This document shows, one piece after another, positions 48,290-57,153 of a stretch of 64,000 nucleotides of DNA. A program made the translations under genes and the position numbers. The stretch's first letter is position 1. Every line of letters begins with the position of its first letter. The DNA is from an uncultured Gemmiger sp. (GTDB lineage Bacteria > Bacillota > Clostridia > Oscillospirales > Ruminococcaceae), in the NCBI RefSeq assembly GCF_944388125.1, contig NZ_CALXHO010000003.1, one strand, 5' to 3'. The notes under the pieces are model-generated. The model did not search any database. It was given only the letters and a program-made list of their open reading frames with translations, and had not been told where the DNA came from.

Positions 48290-49525
48290 ATGATAAAAAT
48301 GCACAAGCTGTTCCGGCGTGCGGCCGTAATACTGCTGGCCGCCGCAATGGCCGTGGGCGCGGGACTCTATGCCCTCAACCGCTCGCTGCCGGATACCTTT
48401 TATGTAGAGCCGGGGCAACCGCTTTCCATTGCATCCATGCCCTGGCTTACTGAGAAAACCGGATCGGCCCGGGAGGTTGCTGCGGGCAATATGGGAGAGG
48501 ATTCCAGTGCCAACCGTACACTGGCACTGTTTGACCTGATCCCGGTCAAGACGGTCCGGACCGTTCAGGCCCAACGGCGGGAGGTTACGGTCTGCGGGAC
48601 GCCATTCGGCATCAAGATGTTTTCCAACGGTGCTCTGGTGGTGGCCTTTTCTGATCTGTATACCGGTCTTGGAAGCGAAAACCCGGCTAAGGAGGCAGGT
48701 CTTCGCCTGGGGGACCTCATCGTTTCTGCCGGCGGGCGGACGGTGCGCAATAACGATGAGCTCAGCGCTGCCATCACGGAAGCTGCCGGCCAGCCTATGG
48801 AGATTGTGTATATCCGTGACGGCGTACGCCAACAGTGTGTGCTGACGCCTGTAACGGACCAGAGCGGCGTATACAAAGCGGGGGTATGGGTCCGGGATTC
48901 CTCGGCAGGGATCGGTACGCTGACCTTTGCCGACACCGGCCACGGAACGTTTGCGGGGCTGGGCCATGCCATCAGCGATACCGATACCGGCACCAGCATA
49001 TCGCTGCTTTCGGGGGAGATCGTCCCGGTCAGCATCACCGGCTATGTAAAGGGGACGGCGGGTTCACCCGGGGAATTGCGCGGCAAATTTTCCGGGGAAA
49101 CGGTTCTGGGGACGGTTTTGTCCAATGGCGAAACCGGCGTATATGGCGTACTGGGAACAAACCTGGAGGGAACACGGTATCCGGTGGCCAATATTCAGGA
49201 GGTCACCGTGGGGGAGGCACAGATCCTGACAACGATTTCAGGCGGACAGGCCCGTCTGTATGATGTCCGCATTGAGCGAGTCAATCTCAACGCCGGGGAT
49301 CCCAACCGGAATATGCTCATCCGGGTGACTGATCCCGAACTGCTGGCGGCCACCGGCGGCATTGTGCAGGGCATGAGCGGGAGCCCCATTCTTCAGAACG
49401 GAATGCTGGTAGGGGCGGTGACCCATGTTCTCATCAACGATCCGTCCCGGGGTTACGGGATTTTTGCACAAACGATGCTTTCTGCAGCGGATTCCTGTGG
49501 TGCGGCACAATCCTCCACAAACTGA
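48290..49525 (+). CDS. spoIVB: SpoIVB serine peptidase (S55) with PDZ domain
   Basis: WVRDSSAGIGTLTF, LGHAISD, TGGIVQGMSGSPILQ, GAVTHV; upstream of spo0A. Confidence 0.96.
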   Translation: MIKMHKLFRRAAVILLAAAMAVGAGLYALNRSLPDTFYVEPGQPLSIASMPWLTEKTGSAREVAAGNMGEDSSANRTLALFDLIPVKTVRTVQAQRREVTVCGTPFGIKMFSNGALVVAFSDLYTGLGSENPAKEAGLRLGDLIVSAGGRTVRNNDELSAAITEAAGQPMEIVYIRDGVRQQCVLTPVTDQSGVYKAGVWVRDSSAGIGTLTFADTGHGTFAGLGHAISDTDTGTSISLLSGEIVPVSITGYVKGTAGSPGELRGKFSGETVLGTVLSNGETGVYGVLGTNLEGTRYPVANIQEVTVGEAQILTTISGGQARLYDVRIERVNLNAGDPNRNMLIRVTDPELLAATGGIVQGMSGSPILQNGMLVGAVTHVLINDPSRGYGIFAQTMLSAADSCGAAQSSTN

Positions 49526-49696
49526 CACGCAGTTCCATGATTGGGAAATAAAGTAAATTATTTTCCAAAATAAGAATCCAGGCCTTTGTGCGGTGACTCC
49601 GTCGAATTTCGTACGGCGCCGTCATATCCTTGGAAAAAGCCAAAGAATTTGTCGGACAAAACATTGAAATTCTTCCTGTTTTTTTCGAGAACCCAC

Positions 49697-49725
49697 TTGC
49701 AGGATATGGAAAAATATGGTAAAAT
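49697..49725 (+). promoter_or_regulatory. spo0A promoter (overlapping sigmaA- and sigmaH-like elements)
   Basis: TTGCAG-17-TAAAAT and GCAGGATAT-11-GTAAAAT. Confidence 0.55.
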
Positions 49726-49774
49726 TTCCATTGTCACGAAGATCAAAACATTCACATAAAGGAGATTGCGTGTT

Positions 49775-50536
49775 ATGGAGAGAATCAAGTTTGTGATGAC
49801 GGATACCGGGGCGGATATCTCGGCGCTTTGCAAGGCGGCTCTGGAAGAAAAGGGCGTTGCCGTGACGGTTTGCGAGCGCAATGGCTCCAAAGCGCTGCAG
49901 ACGCTTCTGGAAACAAGACCCCAGGCGGCGCTGCTGGATGCCTTCATGCCGGACCTGGACGCCATCACGGTCAAACAGCGCTATGAGGCGCAGGTGGGCC
50001 GCCAGGGCCCCAAGACCACCTTCTTCGTGACGGGCGCATTCCAGAATGAGGCGGTGGAGCAGGAATTGCTGGACAATGGTTTTTCCTTTTTCTTTGTAAA
50101 ACCCTTTGACGAGAATGTCCTGGCGGCGCGGGTATTGAAATGTGCCGGCACACCGGTACAGCACATTACCTTTTCTCAGGACAGTGATGAACTGGTTGTG
50201 ACCGAGATTCTGCATCAGATCGGGGTACCGGCTCATATCAAGGGATATCAGTTCCTGCGCGACGCGATCCTGCTGACCATCGACGACCATGAGTATATCA
50301 ACGCAGTGACCAAGCGGCTGTACCCGGAAATTGCTAAGCGCAACGGTACCACGGCTTCCCGCGTGGAGCGTGCCATCCGTCATGCCATCGAGGTGGCATG
50401 GGACCGGGGCGATGTTGATACGCTCAACAGCTATTTCGGTTATACCATCCACAATCTCCGCGGCAAGCCCACCAACTCCGAGTTCATCGCCATGATTTCG
50501 GATAAGATCCGCCTGGATAAAAAGCGCCGTGCCTGA
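49775..50536 (+). CDS. spo0A: Sporulation master regulator Spo0A
   Basis: [37 protein letters not shown]; N-terminal receiver domain. Confidence 0.97.
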   Translation: MERIKFVMTDTGADISALCKAALEEKGVAVTVCERNGSKALQTLLETRPQAALLDAFMPDLDAITVKQRYEAQVGRQGPKTTFFVTGAFQNEAVEQELLDNGFSFFFVKPFDENVLAARVLKCAGTPVQHITFSQDSDELVVTEILHQIGVPAHIKGYQFLRDAILLTIDDHEYINAVTKRLYPEIAKRNGTTASRVERAIRHAIEVAWDRGDVDTLNSYFGYTIHNLRGKPTNSEFIAMISDKIRLDKKRRA

Positions 50537-50592
50537 ACGCGTCACGGAGACGGAACCGGCGGGCGGCAGCTTCATTCAAAGGCAGATCAATC

Positions 50593-50638
50593 AAAAACCT
50601 TCCGATCTTCCCGCATTCGGGGAGCGGAAGGTTTTTTT
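50593..50638 (+). terminator. Terminator after spo0A
   Basis: AAAAACCTTCCG...CGGAAGGTTTTTTT. Confidence 0.85.
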
Positions 50639-50774
50639 GTGGAAGTTATGGAAAGAAATCCATACAAGAAAGTTCATATAAATTTATTTTTTCAGGCATT
50701 GCCGGCGGTGGATTTTTTGCATGAAAGCCTGTATAATGGGACTGTATTATTGTGCCTTACAGGAGGAACTGCCC

Positions 50775-51911
50775 GTGAATACGCCAAACAAACCGTCTGT
50801 TACCGCCATTATTGTGGCGGCGGGGGCTTCGCGCCGGATGGGATTTGACAAGCTCAGTCATCGTCTGCCGGATGGCCGCACAGTACTGGAAACCAGTGTG
50901 CATGCCTTTGATGCCCATCCGGATGTGGATGAGATCGTGCTGGTCGCGGGCAAGAACCGGGAGGACTGCCTGGCCATTGCTTCGCGGTGCAGCACGCCGG
51001 CCAAAGTCGTGGACGGCGGCGAGACCCGGGCAGACAGTGTCCGGGCGGGGATCACCGCTGCCGGAGGCGAGGTTGTGGCAATCCATGATGCAGCCCGCCC
51101 CTTTGTCAGCCGGGAGCTGATCACCCGGACGCTGGAAGCAGCGGCGGAATGCGGTGCGACAGCTCCGGCGGTGGCGGTCAAGGACACCATCAAGGTTACC
51201 CGTTCGGATGGCACCGTGGAGCTTACCCCGGACCGCTCCCGCTTGTTTGCCGTGCAGACGCCCCAGTGCTTCTCACGGGAGAAATACCTTGAGGCTCTGG
51301 AGCTGGTCCATGCGGACCGTGCCGCCGCCGTGACCGATGACTGCAGCCTGTTTGAGCTGGCCGGATTTCCGGTGCGGCTGACACAAGGGGACTATGAAAA
51401 TTGTAAAATCACTACCATTGACGATCTGAAAGGGGAGAGCCGCATGCGCATCGGACACGGATACGATGTCCACCGCCTGGTTGAGGGGCGCAGATTGATT
51501 CTGGGAGGAGTGGACATCCCGTATGAGAAAGGCCTGCTGGGGCATTCCGACGCGGACGTGCTGCTCCATGCAATCTCGGACGCTCTGCTGGGTGCTGCGG
51601 CGCTGGGGGACATCGGCAAGCATTTCCCTGACAATGACCCGGCCTATGAGGGCGCTGACTCCCTGGTACTCCTGAACCGGGTCGGGCAGCTGCTGCACCA
51701 GTCGGGGTATACCGTCGGCAACATTGATGCCACCGTGCTGTGCCAGGCACCCAAGCTGGCGCCGCATATCCCCACCATGCGCGAGAACATTGCCCGGGCG
51801 CTGGAGATCCCGGTGGATTCTGTGAGCGTCAAGGCCACCACGGAGGAAAAACTGGGCTTTACCGGTGCGGGACAGGGCATTGCCGCCCATGCAGTGGCGC
51901 TGATCCTGTAA
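50775..51911 (+). CDS. ispDF: Bifunctional IspD/IspF
   Basis: AGGAGG + GTG; [22 protein letters not shown]; then [22 protein letters not shown]. Confidence 0.95.
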   Translation: MNTPNKPSVTAIIVAAGASRRMGFDKLSHRLPDGRTVLETSVHAFDAHPDVDEIVLVAGKNREDCLAIASRCSTPAKVVDGGETRADSVRAGITAAGGEVVAIHDAARPFVSRELITRTLEAAAECGATAPAVAVKDTIKVTRSDGTVELTPDRSRLFAVQTPQCFSREKYLEALELVHADRAAAVTDDCSLFELAGFPVRLTQGDYENCKITTIDDLKGESRMRIGHGYDVHRLVEGRRLILGGVDIPYEKGLLGHSDADVLLHAISDALLGAAALGDIGKHFPDNDPAYEGADSLVLLNRVGQLLHQSGYTVGNIDATVLCQAPKLAPHIPTMRENIARALEIPVDSVSVKATTEEKLGFTGAGQGIAAHAVALIL

Positions 51912-52032
51912 CGGTGGGGAAAAATCAGCCGGAACGCTTTGCGGACGGCGGGAACTATGGTATACTGAAAAGAATCCCGGCAGCTGCCGGGTATGCCGTT
52001 TGCTGCGGCGGGGAGAGGAGGACTGCGTGCTG

Positions 52033-52923
52033 ATGAACAATGAGCTGGTCAACATCATCAGCAATTTCCGTTCTTTTGACTGGACGCGGGATCTGCTGGA
52101 TGTCATCATCATTGCGGTGGCATTCTATGAGCTGATCCTGTTTGCGCGCAAATCCCGCGCCGGACAGCTGGTCAAGGGCGTTTTGCTGTTCCTGGCATTT
52201 TATGCCATAGCCTTTTATTTCCGCCTACGCACCGTCAAGTGGGTGCTCAGCAACGTCATGCAGATCGGCTTCATTGCTGCGGTGGTCCTGTTCCAGCCGG
52301 AACTGCGCCGCACACTGGAGCGGTTGGGCCAGAGTACCAACTGGGCAAGCAGACTGCTGTTTACCCGCAAGATGGAGCCCACCCTGCGCGGCCAGTGGCA
52401 GAGCGCCATTGTGGCCATCTGCGATGCGGCGGAGCAGCTTTCGGATACCCGCACCGGCGCGCTGATGGTTCTGGAACGGAAAAACAACCTGGAGGAGATC
52501 ATCCACACCGGCACTCAGTTCAATGCAAATGTGATTCCGGAAGTTCTGGGCACCATTTTTTATGAGGGCACGCCCCTTCATGACGGTGCTGTCGTGATCC
52601 GGGACGGTCAGATCGTTGCGGCCGGGTGCGTGCTGCCCCTTTCCAACAACCTGGAAATGGGCAAGGATATGGGCACCCGTCACCGTGCGGGCCTTGGCAT
52701 GAGCGAAAACTCCGATGCCGTTGTGGTCGTGGTCAGTGAGGAAACCGGCATCATCTCCCTGGCAAAGAACGGCGTTCTCATCCGCCGTCTGGACCGCCAG
52801 AACCTGTTCAGCCTGCTGCAGGAGGAAATTGTCCCCCCCGAAGAGGGACCCGACAAGGAGCAGGGCATTCTCCAGCAGCTTTTCGGCAAAGGAGGCACAG
52901 CCGTACATGGTAAGCAAAAATAA
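52033..52923 (+). CDS. cdaA: Diadenylate cyclase CdaA
   Basis: Three TM helices, FQPELRR, TPLHDGA, GTRHRA, VSEETG. Confidence 0.95.
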   Translation: MNNELVNIISNFRSFDWTRDLLDVIIIAVAFYELILFARKSRAGQLVKGVLLFLAFYAIAFYFRLRTVKWVLSNVMQIGFIAAVVLFQPELRRTLERLGQSTNWASRLLFTRKMEPTLRGQWQSAIVAICDAAEQLSDTRTGALMVLERKNNLEEIIHTGTQFNANVIPEVLGTIFYEGTPLHDGAVVIRDGQIVAAGCVLPLSNNLEMGKDMGTRHRAGLGMSENSDAVVVVVSEETGIISLAKNGVLIRRLDRQNLFSLLQEEIVPPEEGPDKEQGILQQLFGKGGTAVHGKQK

Positions 52924-54208
52924 GGCGTCCAAGCCGGAACAGACAACCAAAAAGCATTCCATCTGGGACAATAAACTGTTTGTCCTGGCGGCGTCGCTTC
53001 TGTGCGCCATTCTTTCGTGGAGTATCGTAACGCTGACCCTTGACCCGGAGGGGGACAAGACGTTCAACGTGTCGGAGATCAGTTACAGCTACAATTCCAA
53101 TCTCTATACCTCTCTCGGACTGGACATCGTCAAGACCGAACAGGTCGGCAACATCCAGGTCAAGGTAGAGGGCAGCGGCACTGTCATCGGTCAGCTGCAG
53201 GCCAGTGACCTGATCGTTTATCCCAACTATTCTACAGTGACCGGCGCGGGGGAGCAGACGCTCAGTTTGCAGGCCCGGGTATCCAGTTCCCAGTTCTCAA
53301 CCAACAACATTGATGTGCAGGTCGTCTCGCCCAAGCAGGTCACGGTGGTATTCGACAAGGTGGGCGAGAAAACATTGCCGGTCACCATCGAGAGCTCCAA
53401 CCTGAGCGTGGCCGACGGCTATATGCTGTACCGCAGCAGTTCGGTCCCGGCGGAGGTCACCATCTCCGGCCCGCAGTCGGAACTGGATTCCATCACTTCG
53501 GTGGTAGCACCGGTCACGGTGGACGATGAGCTGGCGGACAGCACCAGTGTCACCTCGGCCCTGGAAATGCGCGACGTCAACGGCAATGTGGTTTCACCGC
53601 AGTATGCCTCGATGGACTCCTCCAGCGCCAATGTCACGCTGACGGTCTATCAGGTGCGGGAACTGCCCCTGGCCATTGACTTTATCAATGTGCCCACCGG
53701 ATTTGACACCTCCAGCCTGAAATATTCTCTCAGTCAGGAGACGATGGTGGTGGCAGGGCCTACCCGCACGGTGAGCGCCCTGAACGAACTGAGCGTCATC
53801 AGCTTTGACCTGGGCCAGCAGTTTGCCTTTGACCGGGACTATCAGCTTCCGGTGGAATTGCCCAGCGGTCTCGTCGCCCAGGACGACACGACCAGTGTTA
53901 CCCTGAGCTTTGATACGTCGGATATGGCCAGTGTTACCCTGAATGTGCCCAATATCCGTACCATCAATATGCCCAGCAATTATGATATTACCGTTCAGTC
54001 GGAGCGCGTCAGCAACGTGACGCTCTACGGCCCGAAGGATGAGATCGAGGAACTTCTGCCGGACAGCGTTGTGGCGCAGATCGATTGCCAGAATCTGCAG
54101 ATCACCGCCGGCCAGCAGACACTGCCGGTGACCATTCAGGTTCCGTCGTCCTCCCGGATCTTTGCGGTGGGCAGCTATACGGTATCCTGCCAGATCACCT
54201 CGCGGTGA
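52907..54208 (+). CDS. cdaR: CdaR/YbbR-repeat regulator
   Basis: GGAGG RBS, N-terminal TM, repeated P..V.V.G YbbR-like units, overlaps cdaA. Confidence 0.85.
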   Translation: MVSKNKASKPEQTTKKHSIWDNKLFVLAASLLCAILSWSIVTLTLDPEGDKTFNVSEISYSYNSNLYTSLGLDIVKTEQVGNIQVKVEGSGTVIGQLQASDLIVYPNYSTVTGAGEQTLSLQARVSSSQFSTNNIDVQVVSPKQVTVVFDKVGEKTLPVTIESSNLSVADGYMLYRSSSVPAEVTISGPQSELDSITSVVAPVTVDDELADSTSVTSALEMRDVNGNVVSPQYASMDSSSANVTLTVYQVRELPLAIDFINVPTGFDTSSLKYSLSQETMVVAGPTRTVSALNELSVISFDLGQQFAFDRDYQLPVELPSGLVAQDDTTSVTLSFDTSDMASVTLNVPNIRTINMPSNYDITVQSERVSNVTLYGPKDEIEELLPDSVVAQIDCQNLQITAGQQTLPVTIQVPSSSRIFAVGSYTVSCQITSR

Positions 54209-54252
54209 ACCGGCACGCCAACCAAACACAAGGGGGAGCCATAACACAGAAC

Positions 54253-55851
54253 ATGATCCTGGTCAGAAACATCCGCCTGCCGCTGTCCTGCGGCGAGCAG
54301 GAAGCCGGAGCCCGTGCGCTGAAACTGCTGCATCTGGCTCCGGGCCGAGTCGCCCACTGCGGCGTCGCCAAATTGTCGGTGGACGCCCGCAGGGGTGCAC
54401 CGGTTCTGGTATACACGATGGCAGTCACGCTCAAGGACGAGGGTGAGGAATCGGCATTTGCCGGGGCCTCGCCCTATGTCTGTATTTCCCACAAACCGGT
54501 TTTTCGCTTTCCAAAGGCCGGAACGCCGCTGGAACATCCTCCCGTGGTGTGCGGACTGGGGCCGGCAGGCCTGTTTGCGGCATTGCTGCTTGCCCGTAGC
54601 GGCTACCGCCCGGTGGTGCTGGAACGGGGGCCTGCTCTGGAAGATCGCGTCCGTGCGGTGGAACACTTTGAAAAGACCGGTGAGCTGGACCCCAATGCCA
54701 ATCTTCAGTTTGGAGAGGGCGGCGCGGGAACCTTCTCCGATGGAAAGCTGACCACCCGGGTGGGGGATCCCCTCTGTGCCTTTGTGACCGAGGCACTGCT
54801 GGAACACGGTGCGCCCAAGGATATTGCCTGGCGGCAGAAACCTCATGTGGGGACCGATCTGCTGCGCGGGGTCATCACCTCCGTCCGGCAGGAGATCGAA
54901 CGCCTGGGCGGCACCGTGCGCTTCAACACACCGCTGACCGGACTCCGCACCCGGAACGGCAGGCTTTGTGCCGCAGTGACTCCCCAGGGGGAAATCCCCT
55001 GCGAGACACTGATCCTGGCGGTAGGGCACAGTGCGCGGGATACCTTTGCCATGCTCCACGGCCTGGAACTGCCCATGGAGTGCAAGCCTTTCTCGGTGGG
55101 CATGCGGGCCGAACATCTGCAGACCGAGATTGAGAAAAGCCTTTACCATGCAGCGGCCGGACATCCTGTGCTCCCCCATGGGGAGTATCAGCTCAGCCAG
55201 CATGTGGGGCAGCGCTGCGTTTATACCTTCTGCATGTGCCCGGGAGGCCGGGTTATGGCGGCTGCCAGTGAGGAAGGCGGCGTCGTGACCAACGGCATGA
55301 GCTATCACGCCCGCAGCGGGCCCAACGCCAATGCGGCGGTGGTTGTCAGCGTGGACGGCAGAGACTTTGGCGACGACCCGGCCAGAGCGGTCCGGTTCCA
55401 GCAGGAGCTGGAGCGGGCAGCCTACCGGGCAGGGGCTCCCGCAGCACCCTATGCTGCACCGGCTGAGACGGTGGGCAGCTTCCTGGAAGGCCGCGGCGCC
55501 CTGGAACTGGGGGCAGTGCAGCCCACCTATCCCCGGGGTGTTGTGCCGTATGACCTGGGCAGCCTGCTGCCCGCGGAACTGGCTGGAACTCTCCGCACCG
55601 GTCTGCGGGCGTTTGGCCGCAAGATGGCAGCTTACCGTGCGCCCGATGCGGTTCTGACGGGGTTGGAAACCCGGACCTCCAGCCCGGTCCGCCTGCTGCG
55701 CGGGGAAGATCTGGAGTGCCTTGGCATGCCGGGGCTCTATCCCTGCGGGGAGGGCGCCGGTTATGCGGGCGGCATTATGACCGCAGCGGTGGACGGTGTG
55801 CGCTGTGTCGCACAGCTGATGTCGGGCCATATGCCGTCGCCCGGCTGCTGA
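54253..55851 (+). CDS. FAD-dependent oxidoreductase (uncharacterised)
   Basis: GLGPAG, FGEGGAGTFSDGKL, TFCMCPGG, GEGAGYAGGI. Confidence 0.9.
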   Translation: MILVRNIRLPLSCGEQEAGARALKLLHLAPGRVAHCGVAKLSVDARRGAPVLVYTMAVTLKDEGEESAFAGASPYVCISHKPVFRFPKAGTPLEHPPVVCGLGPAGLFAALLLARSGYRPVVLERGPALEDRVRAVEHFEKTGELDPNANLQFGEGGAGTFSDGKLTTRVGDPLCAFVTEALLEHGAPKDIAWRQKPHVGTDLLRGVITSVRQEIERLGGTVRFNTPLTGLRTRNGRLCAAVTPQGEIPCETLILAVGHSARDTFAMLHGLELPMECKPFSVGMRAEHLQTEIEKSLYHAAAGHPVLPHGEYQLSQHVGQRCVYTFCMCPGGRVMAAASEEGGVVTNGMSYHARSGPNANAAVVVSVDGRDFGDDPARAVRFQQELERAAYRAGAPAAPYAAPAETVGSFLEGRGALELGAVQPTYPRGVVPYDLGSLLPAELAGTLRTGLRAFGRKMAAYRAPDAVLTGLETRTSSPVRLLRGEDLECLGMPGLYPCGEGAGYAGGIMTAAVDGVRCVAQLMSGHMPSPGC

Positions 55852-55880
55852 GTTTGCTGAGAGAGGAATGTGTGTATACT

Positions 55881-57134
55881 ATGCCGTACGGCCATCCATA
55901 CAGGGAAAATACGGGATCAGGGGACTCTTCCCGGCAGGAAGCGCGCCGTAATTCGGCATCGCAGGGGGACGGAACCCCGAATAAAAGCTGGGAAAGTGAG
56001 CTTGACGCCGCGGTGGAAGAGATCGTTGCCGCCGGAGAAGAGATCGGCGCTACCGTTCTTGGCGGCCTCTCGGAGTTCCTGGGCAGCCTTGGCGACGGCA
56101 TTGCGGCCCGGCGCGGAGCGAAAAAGGAGCTGACCTTTGAACAATGGCGAAAGGCCACGGACCGCCGTCTGCAGGAATCCGAACAGTCGGGCTGGCTGAG
56201 CGCCGCAGTTGCGGGCTGTTTCTTCGCCGCAAGCTTTGGTATCGCCGCAGTGGTGATGCTGGCGCTGTCGGCAGTAGGGGCAGCGCCGCTGGGCATTTCG
56301 GAAAGTGAATATCTGGTATTTCCCATTCTGGGCGTGACGTTCTCCGCCATTACTGCGGGATTCGGTATCCTGGGAGGAATCAGCATCGGCCGTTACCGCT
56401 ACTACGGCAGGCTGCGGCGCTATCTCCACGGGGCGCGGGACTGGGTGTGCACTGTTTCGACTCTGGCACGCGCAGCGCTCGGTGATCCCGATACGGTGCG
56501 CAGGGAACTGGCTCAGGCGATTGCCAGCGGCAAGCTGCCTGGGGTTTGCCTGAGTGACGATGGAAATACCATCTATTTCAAAGAGCAGCTCTATACACCG
56601 CAGTCGGCCTCTTCCGCCCCGGAGACTGCCGAAGCGAACGGGCCGGAGCGGGAACAGACCCCGCTGGAACGGTTTGAGAGTGACGGGAGAAATTTTCTCC
56701 GCTATCTTGGCGAGTGCCAGGGCAAGCTGGATGCCGCAGCCGGCGATGAGCTGGTACAAATGGAGAAAAACTGTGCGCGAATCCTGGGATTTGTGCACAA
56801 CCATCCGGGACAGCTGGACAGGGTGCGGCGGTTCGGGGAGTATTATCTGCCCACGACCCGCAAGCTGCTGGACACGGCGCTTGGTCTGGGCGGGACGGAA
56901 ACGGAAAACGCCAGAACCATCCGCAGGGATATTACCGGGATCCTCCACACTCTCAACACCGCCTATGTCAAACTGTACGACACCTTGCTGGAGGAGGTCT
57001 CCCTGGATGTCTCCACCGAGATCGACACGTTGGAGACGATGCTTCGTCAGGATGGACTGACCCATGATTTTGCCAGTGATTTCGGCATGGACGGCAAACT
57101 CAGCAACGCCGAGGGCACGAATGTGTCTGTATAA
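55881..57134 (+). CDS. XpaC-like (5-bromo-4-chloroindolyl phosphate hydrolysis family) membrane protein
   Basis: Two TM helices; C-terminal YYLPTTRKLL...LDVSTEIDTLETML..DGL. Confidence 0.75.
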   Translation: MPYGHPYRENTGSGDSSRQEARRNSASQGDGTPNKSWESELDAAVEEIVAAGEEIGATVLGGLSEFLGSLGDGIAARRGAKKELTFEQWRKATDRRLQESEQSGWLSAAVAGCFFAASFGIAAVVMLALSAVGAAPLGISESEYLVFPILGVTFSAITAGFGILGGISIGRYRYYGRLRRYLHGARDWVCTVSTLARAALGDPDTVRRELAQAIASGKLPGVCLSDDGNTIYFKEQLYTPQSASSAPETAEANGPEREQTPLERFESDGRNFLRYLGECQGKLDAAAGDELVQMEKNCARILGFVHNHPGQLDRVRRFGEYYLPTTRKLLDTALGLGGTETENARTIRRDITGILHTLNTAYVKLYDTLLEEVSLDVSTEIDTLETMLRQDGLTHDFASDFGMDGKLSNAEGTNVSV

Positions 57135-57153
57135 CAGGAAGGAATGAGGAAAG

